A stretch of DNA of 64,000 nucleotides, from positions 41,779 through 105,778 of the forward strand of contig JAIEPH010000021.1 of the NCBI GenBank assembly GCA_019749805.1. The letters are read 5' to 3'. This document shows, piece after piece, positions 40,154 through 50,314 of the stretch. The notes beneath the pieces were generated by a model. The model did not search any database. It was not told the origin of the DNA and was given only the letters and a program-made list of their open reading frames with translations. How positions within the stretch are numbered: the stretch's first letter is position 1; every line of letters begins with the position of its first letter. Source of the stretch: Mycobacteriaceae bacterium. Lineage in GTDB: Bacteria; Actinomycetota; Actinomycetes; Mycobacteriales; Mycobacteriaceae. The translations under genes and the position numbers were made by a program.

Positions 40154-42994
40154 TCAGTCCTCGTTGATCGGCGGTCCCGCAGGCCTGGCGGCCGCGCGGC
40201 GACGGTGCCGACCGGCCGGAACGACGACCTGAGCCGGTTCGGGCTCCTCGTCATCCTCGTCATCCTCGTCATCGGAGTCCTCGTCATCGTCGAAGTCCTC
40301 GTCGTCGGAGTCCTCGTCGTCGTCCTCGTCCTCGTCGTCGGAGTCCTCGTCCTCGTCGGAGTCCTCGTCGTCGTCGGAGTCCTCGTCGTCGTCGGAGTCC
40401 TCGTCGTCGTCGGAGTCAGAGCCGATGACCTCGATATCGTCGTCGTCCTCGTCGTCCTCGTCGTCATCCAGGTCGATGTCGTCCTCATCGGACTCGTCAT
40501 CCGAATCGTCATCCGTGTCCTCGAAGTCCTCCTCGGGGGCCTCGGCGACGGCTTCACGGATGGTCTCCGAATCGACTTCGGCGACTTCCTCGGGAGAGGT
40601 CTCCGAGTCCGCCTCGTCCCCGTCGCCCTCATGCCGACCATTGGCCGCGGCCATCGCCTTGAACATCGGATGCTCGCCGGCGGGATGCGAAGGCACCTTG
40701 GCGACGGGGACGTCCTCGGTCTTGGCGCCGCGCTTGCCGCGCTTGCCCCGACGCCCGGACGTCTCGGCCTTTCGGCCGCCGTTGGAGGTCGAGTCGACGG
40801 GGTCGCCGTGCAGCAGGATTCCCCTGCCGGCACATTCCGTGCAGTTCGTCGAGAAAGCCTCGATCAGCCCGGTACCCAACCGCTTTCGCGTCAGCTGCAC
40901 CAAACCAAGCGACGTCACCTCGGAAACCTGGTGCCGGGTGCGGTCGCGCGCCAGTGCTTCGGTCAGCCGCCGCAGCACCAGGTCGCGGTTGGACTCCAAC
41001 ACCATGTCGATGAAGTCGATGACCACGATGCCGCCGATATCGCGCAGCCTCAGCTGGCGGACGATCTCCTCGGCGGCCTCGAGATTGTTGCGGGTGACGG
41101 TCTGCTCCAGGTTTCCACCCGAGCCGGTGAACTTTCCGGTGTTCACGTCGACCACCGTCATGGCCTCGGTGCGGTCGATGACCAACGTTCCACCGGACGG
41201 CAACCACACCTTGCGGTCCATGGCCTTGGCCAGCTGCTCGTCAATGCGGTGCACGGCGAACACGTCAGGGCCGTCGGGGGCGGCGGTCTCGTACTTGCTC
41301 ATCCGCGGAACGAGCTCGGGCGCTACCGAATTCACGTATTCGTTGATGGTGTTCCAGGCTTCGTCGCCGGAGACGATGAGACCGGTGAAGTCCTCGTTGA
41401 ACAGGTCGCGGATGACCTTCACGAGCACGTCGGGCTCTTCGTAGAGCGCGACGGCGGCGCCCGCCGCCTTCTTCTTGGTTTCGGCTGCTCGCTGCTCGAT
41501 CTGCGTCCAGCGTTCCTGCAACCGGTTGACGTCGGTGCGGATGTCCTCTTCTTTGACCCCCTCCGACGCGGTGCGGATGATCACGCCCGCTTCGGACGGC
41601 ACGACCTCGCGCAGGATCTCCTTGAGCCGCTGCCGCTCGGTGTCGGGCAACTTGCGGCTGATCCCGGTGGACGATGCGCCTGGCACGTAGACGAGGTACC
41701 GTCCGGCCAGCGAAACCTGCGTGGTCAACCGGGCGCCCTTGTGCCCGACCGGATCCTTACTGACCTGCACGACGACATAGTCGCCGGGCTTGAGAGCCTG
41801 CTCGATCTTGCGGGCTGCGCCGCCGAGACCCGCTGCCTCCCAGTTCACTTCGCCTGCGTAGAGCACACCGTTGCGACCGCGGCCGATGTCGACGAACGCG
41901 GCCTCCATCGACGGCAGCACGTTCTGCACGATGCCCAGATAGATGTTGCCGACCAGCGACGTCTGTGCCGCCGACGTCACGAAATGTTCGACGACGACGC
42001 CGTCCTCGAGTACCGCGATCTGCGTGTAGCGCGCGCCCTCGTGTGGTGGTTCGGTGCGGACCTTGTCGCGCACGACCATCATCCGCTCGACGGCTTCGCG
42101 CCGGGCGAGGAACTCCGCCTCGCTCAGGATCGGCGGCCGGCGGCGGCCGGCGTCGCGTCCGTCGCGACGGCGTTGCCGCTTGGCCTCCAGCCGGGTCGAC
42201 CCGTTGATGCCCTGAATCTCGCCGTCACCGGACTTGCCTGACTTGTCGCCGCGGCCGGACTTGCGCGGCTCGCGCTCGTGGACCACGGTGTTCGGCGGGT
42301 CGTCCGAGGATCCGCCGTCGCTGTCGTCCCCGGCGCCGGACTTGCGGCGCCGACGCCGACGACGGCGACGCGTGCCGCCTTCACCGCCCGCACCATCGTC
42401 ATCGCCGCTGTCGTCGTCGGAGTCATCGGAATCGTCGGAGTCGTCTGAATCGTCGCCGGAGTCCTGGCTGCGACCGTCGGACTCGCCCTCGTCAGAGTCG
42501 TCGCCGTTCTGTTCGCCCCGGCCCCGTCCACGGCCGCGACGGCCGCGGCGTCGGCGGCGGGCCGCTGGCCGGTCAGACTGCTCGTCATCGGATTCCGAGC
42601 CGGAGTCGTCGCTGTCCTCGTCGTCGTCATCGTCGTCGTCGGGGTCGTATTCGACCCGAATCGGCTGGGGCGCCATGAACAGCGGCTGGTAGTGGGCGCG
42701 CTCAGACACTTGCTGCTGGGCGCTCCCCGGTTTCGCCTCGGTCTCGTCGCCGTCGGCCGCAGTGTCCTCGTCGCCGCCGGTCTCAGTCGGCGGCTCGGTC
42801 GTAGTGCCCTCGGACTCGCCGTCCTCGATCTCCTGCGCGTCGACGTCCTCAGGGGCGACGTCGTCGGCGACAGCGTCCGCGCCGACGCCGGGATCGGCCT
42901 CAGCGGGCGGCTCGACGGTCAGCGTCTGGGGCTGAGCGTCCTCCGCGGGCTGCGATTCTTCGGATAGGGCTTCAGTATGGGCATCGTCGGCCAC
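40154..42994 (-). CDS. rne: Ribonuclease E/G with long acidic disordered termini
   Basis: S1 domain (GNIYLG, AAFVDIG), VVDVNTGKF, IGGIVVIDFIDM and the Zn-link CTECAGRG. GTG start (MADDAH) at 42994 follows aaaggag. Confidence 0.96.
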   Translation of the reverse strand: MADDAHTEALSEESQPAEDAQPQTLTVEPPAEADPGVGADAVADDVAPEDVDAQEIEDGESEGTTTEPPTETGGDEDTAADGDETEAKPGSAQQQVSERAHYQPLFMAPQPIRVEYDPDDDDDDDEDSDDSGSESDDEQSDRPAARRRRRGRRGRGRGRGEQNGDDSDEGESDGRSQDSGDDSDDSDDSDDSDDDSGDDDGAGGEGGTRRRRRRRRRKSGAGDDSDGGSSDDPPNTVVHEREPRKSGRGDKSGKSGDGEIQGINGSTRLEAKRQRRRDGRDAGRRRPPILSEAEFLARREAVERMMVVRDKVRTEPPHEGARYTQIAVLEDGVVVEHFVTSAAQTSLVGNIYLGIVQNVLPSMEAAFVDIGRGRNGVLYAGEVNWEAAGLGGAARKIEQALKPGDYVVVQVSKDPVGHKGARLTTQVSLAGRYLVYVPGASSTGISRKLPDTERQRLKEILREVVPSEAGVIIRTASEGVKEEDIRTDVNRLQERWTQIEQRAAETKKKAAGAAVALYEEPDVLVKVIRDLFNEDFTGLIVSGDEAWNTINEYVNSVAPELVPRMSKYETAAPDGPDVFAVHRIDEQLAKAMDRKVWLPSGGTLVIDRTEAMTVVDVNTGKFTGSGGNLEQTVTRNNLEAAEEIVRQLRLRDIGGIVVIDFIDMVLESNRDLVLRRLTEALARDRTRHQVSEVTSLGLVQLTRKRLGTGLIEAFSTNCTECAGRGILLHGDPVDSTSNGGRKAETSGRRGKRGKRGAKTEDVPVAKVPSHPAGEHPMFKAMAAANGRHEGDGDEADSETSPEEVAEVDSETIREAVAEAPEEDFEDTDDDSDDESDEDDIDLDDDEDDEDDDDIEVIGSDSDDDEDSDDDEDSDDDEDSDEDEDSDDEDEDDDEDSDDEDFDDDEDSDDEDDEDDEEPEPAQVVVPAGRHRRRAAARPAGPPINED
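40357..40417. repeat. 18-bp coding VNTR in the rne 3' region
   Basis: cggagtcctcgtcgtcgt x3 plus a partial copy, within a wider degenerate Asp/Glu/Ser tract (about 40250-40530). Confidence 0.85.
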
Positions 42995-43305
42995 GTATTC
43001 TCCTTTAGCCCCCGGGCGCGTCGTGCTTGACGCGGCCACGCGAGGGCTTCCGCTATTGACCCGGGTTCACTTCGCCCGAGCTTGTTATGGTCTCGCTCCG
43101 ATCAATCCCCTGGTTGGGGACCGTCAGTGCCGGTCTGAATGATGGCTGGACGGTCTGCGCCGCACCGCGCGTGGCGATGGTCGCGCACGTCAAAGTCTTC
43201 ATTCGGGTATTCGCCCACTTGTTAAACGGCCGGTTACCCGTGCCCAGTATCCCACATCACGCCACCACACCCGACCAGGCTGGCCAAGCTGGTCATTTGC
43301 GACGG

Positions 43306-43716
43306 CTACGCGTTGGGGAACCAGAGCTGGATTTCGCGGGCGGCGGACTCTGGCGAATCCGAGCCGTGTACCAGGTTGTCCTGGGTGATCAGCGCGAAAT
43401 CTCCGCGGATCGTGCCCGGTACGGCCTTCTCGACGGGGTCGGTTCCGCCGGCGATCTGACGAAATGCCGTGATGGCGCGCGGGCCTTCCACGATGGCCGC
43501 GACAACGGGCCCAGAGGTGATGAACTCCAGCAGCGACCCGAAGAAGGGCTTTCCGTCGTGTTCGGCGTAGTGCTTGCGGGCCAGCTCATCGCTGACGAGC
43601 TGCAGTTGCAGGGCGGCGACCGTCAGGCCTTTCCGTTCGATTCGGCTGAGAATCTCGCCGATCAGCTGTCGCTTGACGCCGTCGGGCTTGATCAATACGA
43701 GGGTGCGCTCAGTCAC
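43306..43716 (-). CDS. ndk: Nucleoside diphosphate kinase
   Basis: IKPDGV, GTIRGDF and NLVHGSDS. Confidence 0.98.
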   Translation of the reverse strand: MTERTLVLIKPDGVKRQLIGEILSRIERKGLTVAALQLQLVSDELARKHYAEHDGKPFFGSLLEFITSGPVVAAIVEGPRAITAFRQIAGGTDPVEKAVPGTIRGDFALITQDNLVHGSDSPESAAREIQLWFPNA

Positions 43717-43730
43717 GCGGGTCAGCCTAG

Positions 43731-43778
43731 CCGGGCGCCGATCAAGCGGCGACGAAGGAGCCGCGTTGAGAAGCCCGG
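43731..43778. repeat. MIRU-like intergenic palindromic element
   Basis: ccggg...cccgg ends with an internal gcggc/gccgc stem, inside an operon. The MIRU resemblance is from memory. Confidence 0.4.
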
Positions 43779-43787
43779 CAATTCAAC

Positions 43788-44189
43788 CTAGCTGGACTGG
43801 TCAGGGGGACCCTGCTGGCCGGGCAACAGTCCCCGCTTCTGCCTGCGCAACACCTCGAAGCGCAGGTAGGCGATCAGCAGCCACACGCCGACGAACACCA
43901 GGCCGATGAAGCCGATGGCGCCGTGCACGAAAACCCCCGCGATCAGCACCAGCTGCAATGCCAGGTTGGCCCAGATGGCCCACGGCCGCCCCTGGATTCC
44001 GGCGAACAGCACCAGCACCACGGCGAGCCCGACCAGATATCCGCCGCTGACGGCCGTCAGCCCGCCGCCGATACGCGCCACCACGGGCAGCGCGAGCAGC
44101 ACGACGATCGCCTCCAGGATCAGCGTGCCTGCCATCACGCCGCGAAAGCTCTTCCAGGGGTCGGGCTGGCCTTGCGGTTGCTCGGTCAT
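43788..44189 (-). CDS. DUF4233-like membrane protein (Rv2446c-like)
   Basis: Hydrophobic 133 aa with 'GTLILEAIVVLLALPV'; syntenic between folC and ndk. Confidence 0.85.
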   Translation of the reverse strand: MTEQPQGQPDPWKSFRGVMAGTLILEAIVVLLALPVVARIGGGLTAVSGGYLVGLAVVLVLFAGIQGRPWAIWANLALQLVLIAGVFVHGAIGFIGLVFVGVWLLIAYLRFEVLRRQKRGLLPGQQGPPDQSS

Positions 44190-45610
44190 TCGGGGTCCCT
44201 GCCGAACAGCGTCCGCGCCGCGCCTGCCGTGACGACCGATCCGGTGATCACCATGCCCACCCCTCCGAAGCCGCCGAGGCCCTCGCCTTCATTTCCCGCC
44301 TCCTCGACAAGTGCCGTGGCGGTCTCGATCGCGTCGGGCAACGTCGGTGCGGCGATCACCCGTTCCGGGCCGAACCGCTCCTCGGCGCGGATCGCCAGCG
44401 CCTCGACCTCCAGCGCGCGCGGCGAACCGTTGTGGGTCACCACGATCTGGTCCAGGACGGGTTCGAGCGCGGTGAGGATCCCGTCGACGTCCTTGTCGGC
44501 CATCACCGAGACGACGCCGACCAGGAAACGGAAGTCGAATTCGTCCTGTAGCGCCTGCGTCAATGCGACAGCGCCTGCGGGATTGTGTGCGGCGTCGATG
44601 AAAACCGTTGGCGCACTGCGCAGCCGCTCGAGCCGACCGGGGCTGGTTGCGGACGCGAAACCGGCGCGGACCGTGTCGATGTCGAGCTGCCGCTGTGCGC
44701 CTGCGCCGAAGAAGGCCTCGACGGCGGCGAGCGCCACCGCCGCGTTGTGCGCCTGATGCTCACCGTGCAGCGGCAGGAAAACCTCGCTGTACACCCCGCC
44801 GAGGCCCTGCAGTTCGAGCAGTTGTCCTCCGACTGCGATCTGCCTGCCGAGCACCGCGAATTCCGAATCCTCGCGCGCGACCGCAGCGTCGGCCCGCACC
44901 GCCTGGGCCAGTAGCACTTCCATCGCTTCGGGGACCTGACGCGCGATCACCGCGACGGTGCTCAGATCTGTGCCCGAGGGCTCGGGGTCCTCGGCCTGTT
45001 TGGTGATGATGCCCGCCTTCTCACCCGCGATCTCGGCGATGGTGTCGCCCAGGTAGTCAGTGTGATCCACGCCGACCGGGGTGATGACGGCGACGGGTGC
45101 GTCGACGATGTTGGTCGCGTCCCAACGACCGCCGAGACCGACCTCGACGACGGCCACGTCGACGGGTGCGTCGGCGAAGGCGGCGAAGGCCATCCCGGTG
45201 ACGACTTCGAACTTGCTCATCGCGGGTCCGCCGGCCGCTTCGGACTGCTGGTCGACCATGTGCACGAACGGTTCGATCTCGCGGTAGGTCTCGACGTACT
45301 TCGCGGGGCTGATCGGCTTTCCGTCGATCGAGATGCGCTCGACTGCCGACTGCAGGTGCGGGCTGGTGGTGCGGCCGGTGCGGCGGCTGAACGCGGTCAG
45401 CAGGGCGTCGACCATCCGCGCCACCGACGTCTTACCGTTGGTACCCGCGATGTGGATCGACGGGTAGCTCCGTTGCGGTGAGCCGAGCAGTTGCATCAGC
45501 GCGGCGATGCGGGCCGTGCTCGGTTCGAGCTTCGTTTCCGGCCAACGCTGATCAAGCAGATGCTCGACCTGAAGCAGCGCCGCGAACTCGTCCGGGGTGG
45601 GAGCGGTCAT
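44186..45610 (-). CDS. folC: Folylpolyglutamate synthase / dihydrofolate synthase
   Basis: [27 protein letters not shown] and DAAHNP. Confidence 0.97.
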   Translation of the reverse strand: MTAPTPDEFAALLQVEHLLDQRWPETKLEPSTARIAALMQLLGSPQRSYPSIHIAGTNGKTSVARMVDALLTAFSRRTGRTTSPHLQSAVERISIDGKPISPAKYVETYREIEPFVHMVDQQSEAAGGPAMSKFEVVTGMAFAAFADAPVDVAVVEVGLGGRWDATNIVDAPVAVITPVGVDHTDYLGDTIAEIAGEKAGIITKQAEDPEPSGTDLSTVAVIARQVPEAMEVLLAQAVRADAAVAREDSEFAVLGRQIAVGGQLLELQGLGGVYSEVFLPLHGEHQAHNAAVALAAVEAFFGAGAQRQLDIDTVRAGFASATSPGRLERLRSAPTVFIDAAHNPAGAVALTQALQDEFDFRFLVGVVSVMADKDVDGILTALEPVLDQIVVTHNGSPRALEVEALAIRAEERFGPERVIAAPTLPDAIETATALVEEAGNEGEGLGGFGGVGMVITGSVVTAGAARTLFGRDPE

Positions 45611-48264
45611 GCCAAGCTGGCCAGGCGCGCCGTGATCCGGTCGACCTCTTCGGAGGCCACCTGCCGGCGGTTGCGGATCTTGTCGACGACGTCGGCTGGG
45701 GCCTTGGCCAAAAACGCATCGTTGCCGAGCTTGCCCTCGGTGCCGGCGAGTTCCTTCTGCGCGGCGGCCAGATCCTTTTCGAGCCTGCGCCGTTCGGCGG
45801 CGACGTCGACGGTGCCCGACGTGTCCAGCTCCACCACGATCGTGGCCTGCGACAGTCTCACCTCGACCGCGGCCGACGGGTTGAAGCCGTCTTCGGCGTC
45901 GGTCAGCCAGGCCAGCGCGGCGATGGCGGGCAGTTGGGCCTCCAGGTCCGCCTTCGCGACATCGGAGAGCCGTGCTGGCACCCGCTGGCGGTCGTTGAGG
46001 CCTTGGTCGCTACGGAACCGGCGGATCTCGGTGATCAACTTCTGCATATCGGTGATCCGCTGTGTCGCAATCTGATCCACCGCGAAACCCGACGGCTGCG
46101 GCCAGTCGGCGATGACCAGCGACTCGCCACCGGTCAGCGTCTTCCACAGCACCTCGGTGACGAATGGCATGACTGGGTGCAGCAGTTTGAGGAGAGTGTC
46201 GAGTACAGACGCAAGCACCCCCGTCGTGTGAGCGGTGTGTTCCGCCTGCCCCAGCTGCACCTTGGCCAGCTCGACGTACCAGTCGCAGAACTCGTCCCAG
46301 GCGAAGTGGTACAGCGACTCGCACGCGCGGCTGAACTCGTAGTCATCCAACGACGAATCCACCTCGGCGCGAACCTCTTCCAGCCGTCCGAGGATCCACC
46401 GGTCGGCATCGGTGAGCTGGCCGACGTCGGGTAGCGGCGCGGGTGCGGCGCCATTCATCAGCGCGAATCGGGTCGCGTTGAACAGCTTGGTGGCGAAGTT
46501 GCGAGACGCGCGGGCGTGATCCTCGCCGATGGACAGGTCGCCCCCCGGGCTAGCACCGCGGGCGAGGGTGAAGCGCAGCGCGTCGGCGCCGAACTTGTCG
46601 ACCCAGTCGAGCGGATCGATGCCGTTGCCACGCGACTTGCTCATCTTGCGGCCGAACTCGTCGCGGATCAGCCCGTGCAGGAACACGTTCTCGAACGGCA
46701 CCTGCGGCCCGCGCCTCCCCCCGCTCGTGATGGCCGGATCGTCGGCGACGAAGGTGCCGAACATCATCATCCGGGCGACCCAGAAGAACAGGATGTCGTA
46801 GCCGGTGACCAGAACCGTTGTGGGATAAAACTTCTCGAGTTCTTTGGTGTGCTCGGGCCAACCCATGGTGGAGAACGGCCACAGCGCCGAGCTGAACCAG
46901 GTGTCGAGCACGTCGGGGTCCTGCTCCCAGCCGGCCGGCGGGGTCTCGTCCGGGCCGACGCACACCATGTCACCGTCGGGGCCGTGCCAGATCGGGATGC
47001 GGTGGCCCCACCACAGCTGACGTGAGATGCACCAGTCGTGCATGTTGTCCACCCAGGCGAACCAGCGCGGCTCCAGGCTCGGCGGGTGGATCACGGTGCG
47101 GTGTTCACGCACGGCATCCCCGGCCGCGGCGGCCAGCGATTCGACCTTGACCCACCACTGCAGCGACAGCCGCGGTTCGATGGGCTCGCCGCTTCGCTCG
47201 GAATGGCCGACGCTGTGCAGGTACGGCCGCTTCTCGGAGACGACGCGCCCCTGTTCGGCGAGCGCCTCACGGACCTTGACGCGTGCATCGAAGCGGTCCA
47301 GACCGTCGAATTCGGTTCCGGTGTCGGCGATCCGGCCTTTGGTATCCATGATCGTCGGCATCGGCAACTGGTGGCGCATACCGATCTCGAAGTCGTTCGG
47401 ATCGTGTGCGGGGGTGACTTTTACTGCGCCCGTGCCGAACTCGGGGTCCACGTGCGCATCGGCGACGATGATCATCTCGCGGTCGACGAACGGATGCGGC
47501 AGGGTTTTGCCGACCAGATCGCGATAGCGTTCGTCGTCGGGGTGCACCGCGATCGCCGTGTCGCCCAGCATCGTCTCGAGGCGGGTGGTGGCCACCACGA
47601 TGTGCGGTTCGTCGTCGCGCAGCGAGCCGTAACGGAACGACACCAGCTCGCCTTCGATGTCCTCGTACTTGACCTCGAGGTCAGACACTGCGGTCTCGAG
47701 GACGGGCGACCAGTTCACCAGCCGTTCGGCGCGGTAGATCAGCCCGGCGTCGAACAGCCGCTTGAAGATGGTGCGCACCGCGCGCGACAGACCCTCGTCC
47801 ATGGTGAACCGGTCACGACTCCAGTCGACACCGTCGCCGAGGCGGCGCATCTGCCCGGCGATCGTGCCGCCGGAGTCGTGTTTCCAGTCCCAGACCTTGT
47901 CGATGAACAGCTCGCGGCCGAAGTCCTCTTTGGTCTTCCCGTCGACGGCAAGCTGCTTTTCGACGACGCTCTGGGTCGCGATGCCCGCATGGTCCATGCC
48001 GGGCAGCCACAACACCTCGTAGCCCTGCATGCGCTTGCGGCGAGTCAGCGCGTCCATCAGCGTGTGGTCGAGCGCGTGGCCCATGTGCAGGCTGCCCGTC
48101 ACATTCGGCGGCGGGAGAACGATCGAGTACGGCGGCTTCTCGCTGGCGGCGTCGGCCTCGAAGTAGCCGGCATTGACCCAGCCCTCGTACAGATCGCTCT
48201 CAACCGCGCCGGGATCCCAGGATTTGGGCAGGGCGTCAAGGCCGGGGCGGGAGCTGTCGGTCAC
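45607..48264 (-). CDS. valS: Valine--tRNA ligase
   Basis: [31 protein letters not shown] and a C-terminal coiled coil. Confidence 0.99.
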   Translation of the reverse strand: MTDSSRPGLDALPKSWDPGAVESDLYEGWVNAGYFEADAASEKPPYSIVLPPPNVTGSLHMGHALDHTLMDALTRRKRMQGYEVLWLPGMDHAGIATQSVVEKQLAVDGKTKEDFGRELFIDKVWDWKHDSGGTIAGQMRRLGDGVDWSRDRFTMDEGLSRAVRTIFKRLFDAGLIYRAERLVNWSPVLETAVSDLEVKYEDIEGELVSFRYGSLRDDEPHIVVATTRLETMLGDTAIAVHPDDERYRDLVGKTLPHPFVDREMIIVADAHVDPEFGTGAVKVTPAHDPNDFEIGMRHQLPMPTIMDTKGRIADTGTEFDGLDRFDARVKVREALAEQGRVVSEKRPYLHSVGHSERSGEPIEPRLSLQWWVKVESLAAAAGDAVREHRTVIHPPSLEPRWFAWVDNMHDWCISRQLWWGHRIPIWHGPDGDMVCVGPDETPPAGWEQDPDVLDTWFSSALWPFSTMGWPEHTKELEKFYPTTVLVTGYDILFFWVARMMMFGTFVADDPAITSGGRRGPQVPFENVFLHGLIRDEFGRKMSKSRGNGIDPLDWVDKFGADALRFTLARGASPGGDLSIGEDHARASRNFATKLFNATRFALMNGAAPAPLPDVGQLTDADRWILGRLEEVRAEVDSSLDDYEFSRACESLYHFAWDEFCDWYVELAKVQLGQAEHTAHTTGVLASVLDTLLKLLHPVMPFVTEVLWKTLTGGESLVIADWPQPSGFAVDQIATQRITDMQKLITEIRRFRSDQGLNDRQRVPARLSDVAKADLEAQLPAIAALAWLTDAEDGFNPSAAVEVRLSQATIVVELDTSGTVDVAAERRRLEKDLAAAQKELAGTEGKLGNDAFLAKAPADVVDKIRNRRQVASEEVDRITARLASLA

Positions 48265-48338
48265 CGCGCCATTCTATGAACTCCAGCGTGGTGGCCGTTC
48301 AGGTGGATTGCCGGGCTCACATCAGCCCGGTCGGCGGC

Positions 48339-48956
48339 CTACTTCTTGCCGCCGAGCAATCCGCCCAGAATCTCGCCAATTGGGTTGCTCTGACCGCCGC
48401 TGCCGCCCAGCACGCTGCCCAGGATGCTGCCCAGCGGGTTGTTGCCGCCGCCACCGCCACCACCAGCGCCGCCGAGGATGCCGCCGAGGATGTCGCCGAG
48501 ACCTCCGCCGCCGCCCGCGGGCGCCTGCTGGGCCTCGGCAGGCGCCGAACCCTTGCTGAGTTGCTTGCCGATGTAGGCCAGCACGATGGGCGCCAGGATC
48601 GGCAGCAGTTGCTTGATCAGGTCGCCGCCACCGGCACCCTGACCGGCGAGTGCGGACGCGACTGACCCGCTGTCGTTGCCGCCGAAAATCTTCGCGACGT
48701 ATTGATCACCCTGCTTTTCGTCGACCTGGTCGACGCTGACGCCGCCGTCGAGCAGGCCGCTCGCGCCTTGCTGGGCCACCGCGGATTCGAGGTCGCTCGA
48801 GTCGATCTGATCGGCCTGGACGTTCTCGGCCAGACCGCCGACCAGCGCGGGCACCAGGGTCCGAATCGCGTTGTTGACCTCGCCTTCATCGGCACCGATC
48901 TTCTTCGCGATGTCCCGTACCGGGATTTGTGCGTAGAGATCGTCGAGACCAGCCAT
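48339..48956 (-). CDS. DUF937-like protein with a Gly-rich C-terminus
   Basis: 'LLPILAPIVLAYIGK' followed by GGILGG repeats. Confidence 0.75.
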   Translation of the reverse strand: MAGLDDLYAQIPVRDIAKKIGADEGEVNNAIRTLVPALVGGLAENVQADQIDSSDLESAVAQQGASGLLDGGVSVDQVDEKQGDQYVAKIFGGNDSGSVASALAGQGAGGGDLIKQLLPILAPIVLAYIGKQLSKGSAPAEAQQAPAGGGGGLGDILGGILGGAGGGGGGGNNPLGSILGSVLGGSGGQSNPIGEILGGLLGGKK

Positions 48957-49050
48957 TACCGCCCACCTTCTTCGCTGGGATATGCCCTGACGCGGTCAAA
49001 ACTAGTCCAGCCAACTCTTGGCGCACAGGCGTTCGGTCAGAAGGACGAAT

Positions 49051-50304
49051 TCAGGCTAGTCGCGTTGTCTCCAAATGCACTTCGGCGGCGGGGAATCGCG
49101 CAAGCAACGCATCACCCATCGCTGCCGCGGGCGTCAGGACACCTCGCAGATCGGAAAGTCGGTCACGGTCGAGGGCCAGCGCCAACGCCGACTCTCCCAG
49201 CAGCACCGATGTTGCCTTGTACCCCGGGTCGCCCTGCTGCGACATCGTCGCCCGATAGCGGGCACCCGTTGTCGTCGTCGTGTACGTCTCGACCGTGTAG
49301 TGGCCGCGTTCGCGTGTGCGTTCACTGGGTCCTGTGCCCGGCTTCGGGACGATGCGCTCGACGAGCTTGCCCGGCAGCCGGTTGAAGTAGCGGCTCCCCA
49401 GCGCCATCATCACATTGTTCGCCGCTGCGCTCACTGCGGCCGTCGCTGGTGCGGCAACGGAGCGGCCCACACTCATCTGCTCGGCATACTCGAACCGCCG
49501 ACCGTAGGTGTAATCCAATAATGCATTGCTGCGGCGCACAATTCGCGTGTTCGCGGCGGCCATCACAAATGGCCCGACCCAGTAGCCCTTGAGTTCACGG
49601 GCGATGTCACCGCCACGACGCCAGCGCAGGTCCGGCTGGCCGCCGAGTTCCGGTTCGGCGGCGCGGTCCGGCGTCAAGGTGTAGGGGTCGTTCATCACAC
49701 GCCTGGCCTCGGGGTCGGCCGAGGCCGCACGCATCAGCTCCAGCATCGATGCGACCGTGCCACCTGACACTCCTCCCGCGAAAGTTCGAACCACCAGGTT
49801 TGTTTCGGCGAGCTCACCCGATTTGTCCTGATCTGCGCGACGGTGCAGTGCGAATACGGTGAGATCTGAAGGGATGGAGTCGAATCCGCATGAGTGGACG
49901 ATACGTGAACCGGTGTCGATCGCCTGTTCGTGATACAGGTCGATGCATTCGTGGATGAAGAGGCTTTCACCGGTCAAATCGGCGTAGTCGGTTCCCGCGG
50001 CAGCGCACGCGGCCACCAACGGCAGCCCGTACTTCAGGTAGGGCCCGACGGTCGTCACCACAACCTGCGTCCGGGCCGCCATGGCGTTGAGTGACGACGG
50101 CTGTGAAGCGTCGGCCGCAATCACCTCCCAGGATTGCGCCGGCTCCCCCAATGACTCTCGTACCGCGAGTAGCTTGTCCGCTGACCTGCCCGCCAGCGCG
50201 ATGCGGGCGTCGGCACCGGATCTGGCCAGGTATGCCGCGGTCAGCTTGCCGACGAAGCCGGTGGCCCCGTACAGGACGATGTCGAATTCGCGATCGGTAC
50301 CCAT
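49051..50304 (-). CDS. Saccharopine dehydrogenase-like oxidoreductase / trans-acting enoyl reductase family (Rv2449c-like)
   Basis: YGATGFVG, TVGPY, YADLTGE, CGFDSIPSD and GDPGYKAT. Confidence 0.88.
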   Translation of the reverse strand: MGTDREFDIVLYGATGFVGKLTAAYLARSGADARIALAGRSADKLLAVRESLGEPAQSWEVIAADASQPSSLNAMAARTQVVVTTVGPYLKYGLPLVAACAAAGTDYADLTGESLFIHECIDLYHEQAIDTGSRIVHSCGFDSIPSDLTVFALHRRADQDKSGELAETNLVVRTFAGGVSGGTVASMLELMRAASADPEARRVMNDPYTLTPDRAAEPELGGQPDLRWRRGGDIARELKGYWVGPFVMAAANTRIVRRSNALLDYTYGRRFEYAEQMSVGRSVAAPATAAVSAAANNVMMALGSRYFNRLPGKLVERIVPKPGTGPSERTRERGHYTVETYTTTTTGARYRATMSQQGDPGYKATSVLLGESALALALDRDRLSDLRGVLTPAAAMGDALLARFPAAEVHLETTRLA

Positions 50305-50314
50305 GCGCGCGACG

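Noticed and set aside
40250-40530. Repeat array considered as a CRISPR
   Set aside because: It has no unique spacers and no cas genes; it is an in-frame acidic coding repeat of rne.
39722-42241. 839-aa plus-strand ORF
   Set aside because: It is the antisense shadow of rne/rplU. Its V/L/G-rich text is the reverse-complement reading of Asp/Glu codons, and it has no family motifs.
47038-48279. 413-aa plus-strand ORF and similar overlapping ORF-track entries
   Set aside because: These are antisense or frame-shifted shadows of valS and other well-supported genes.
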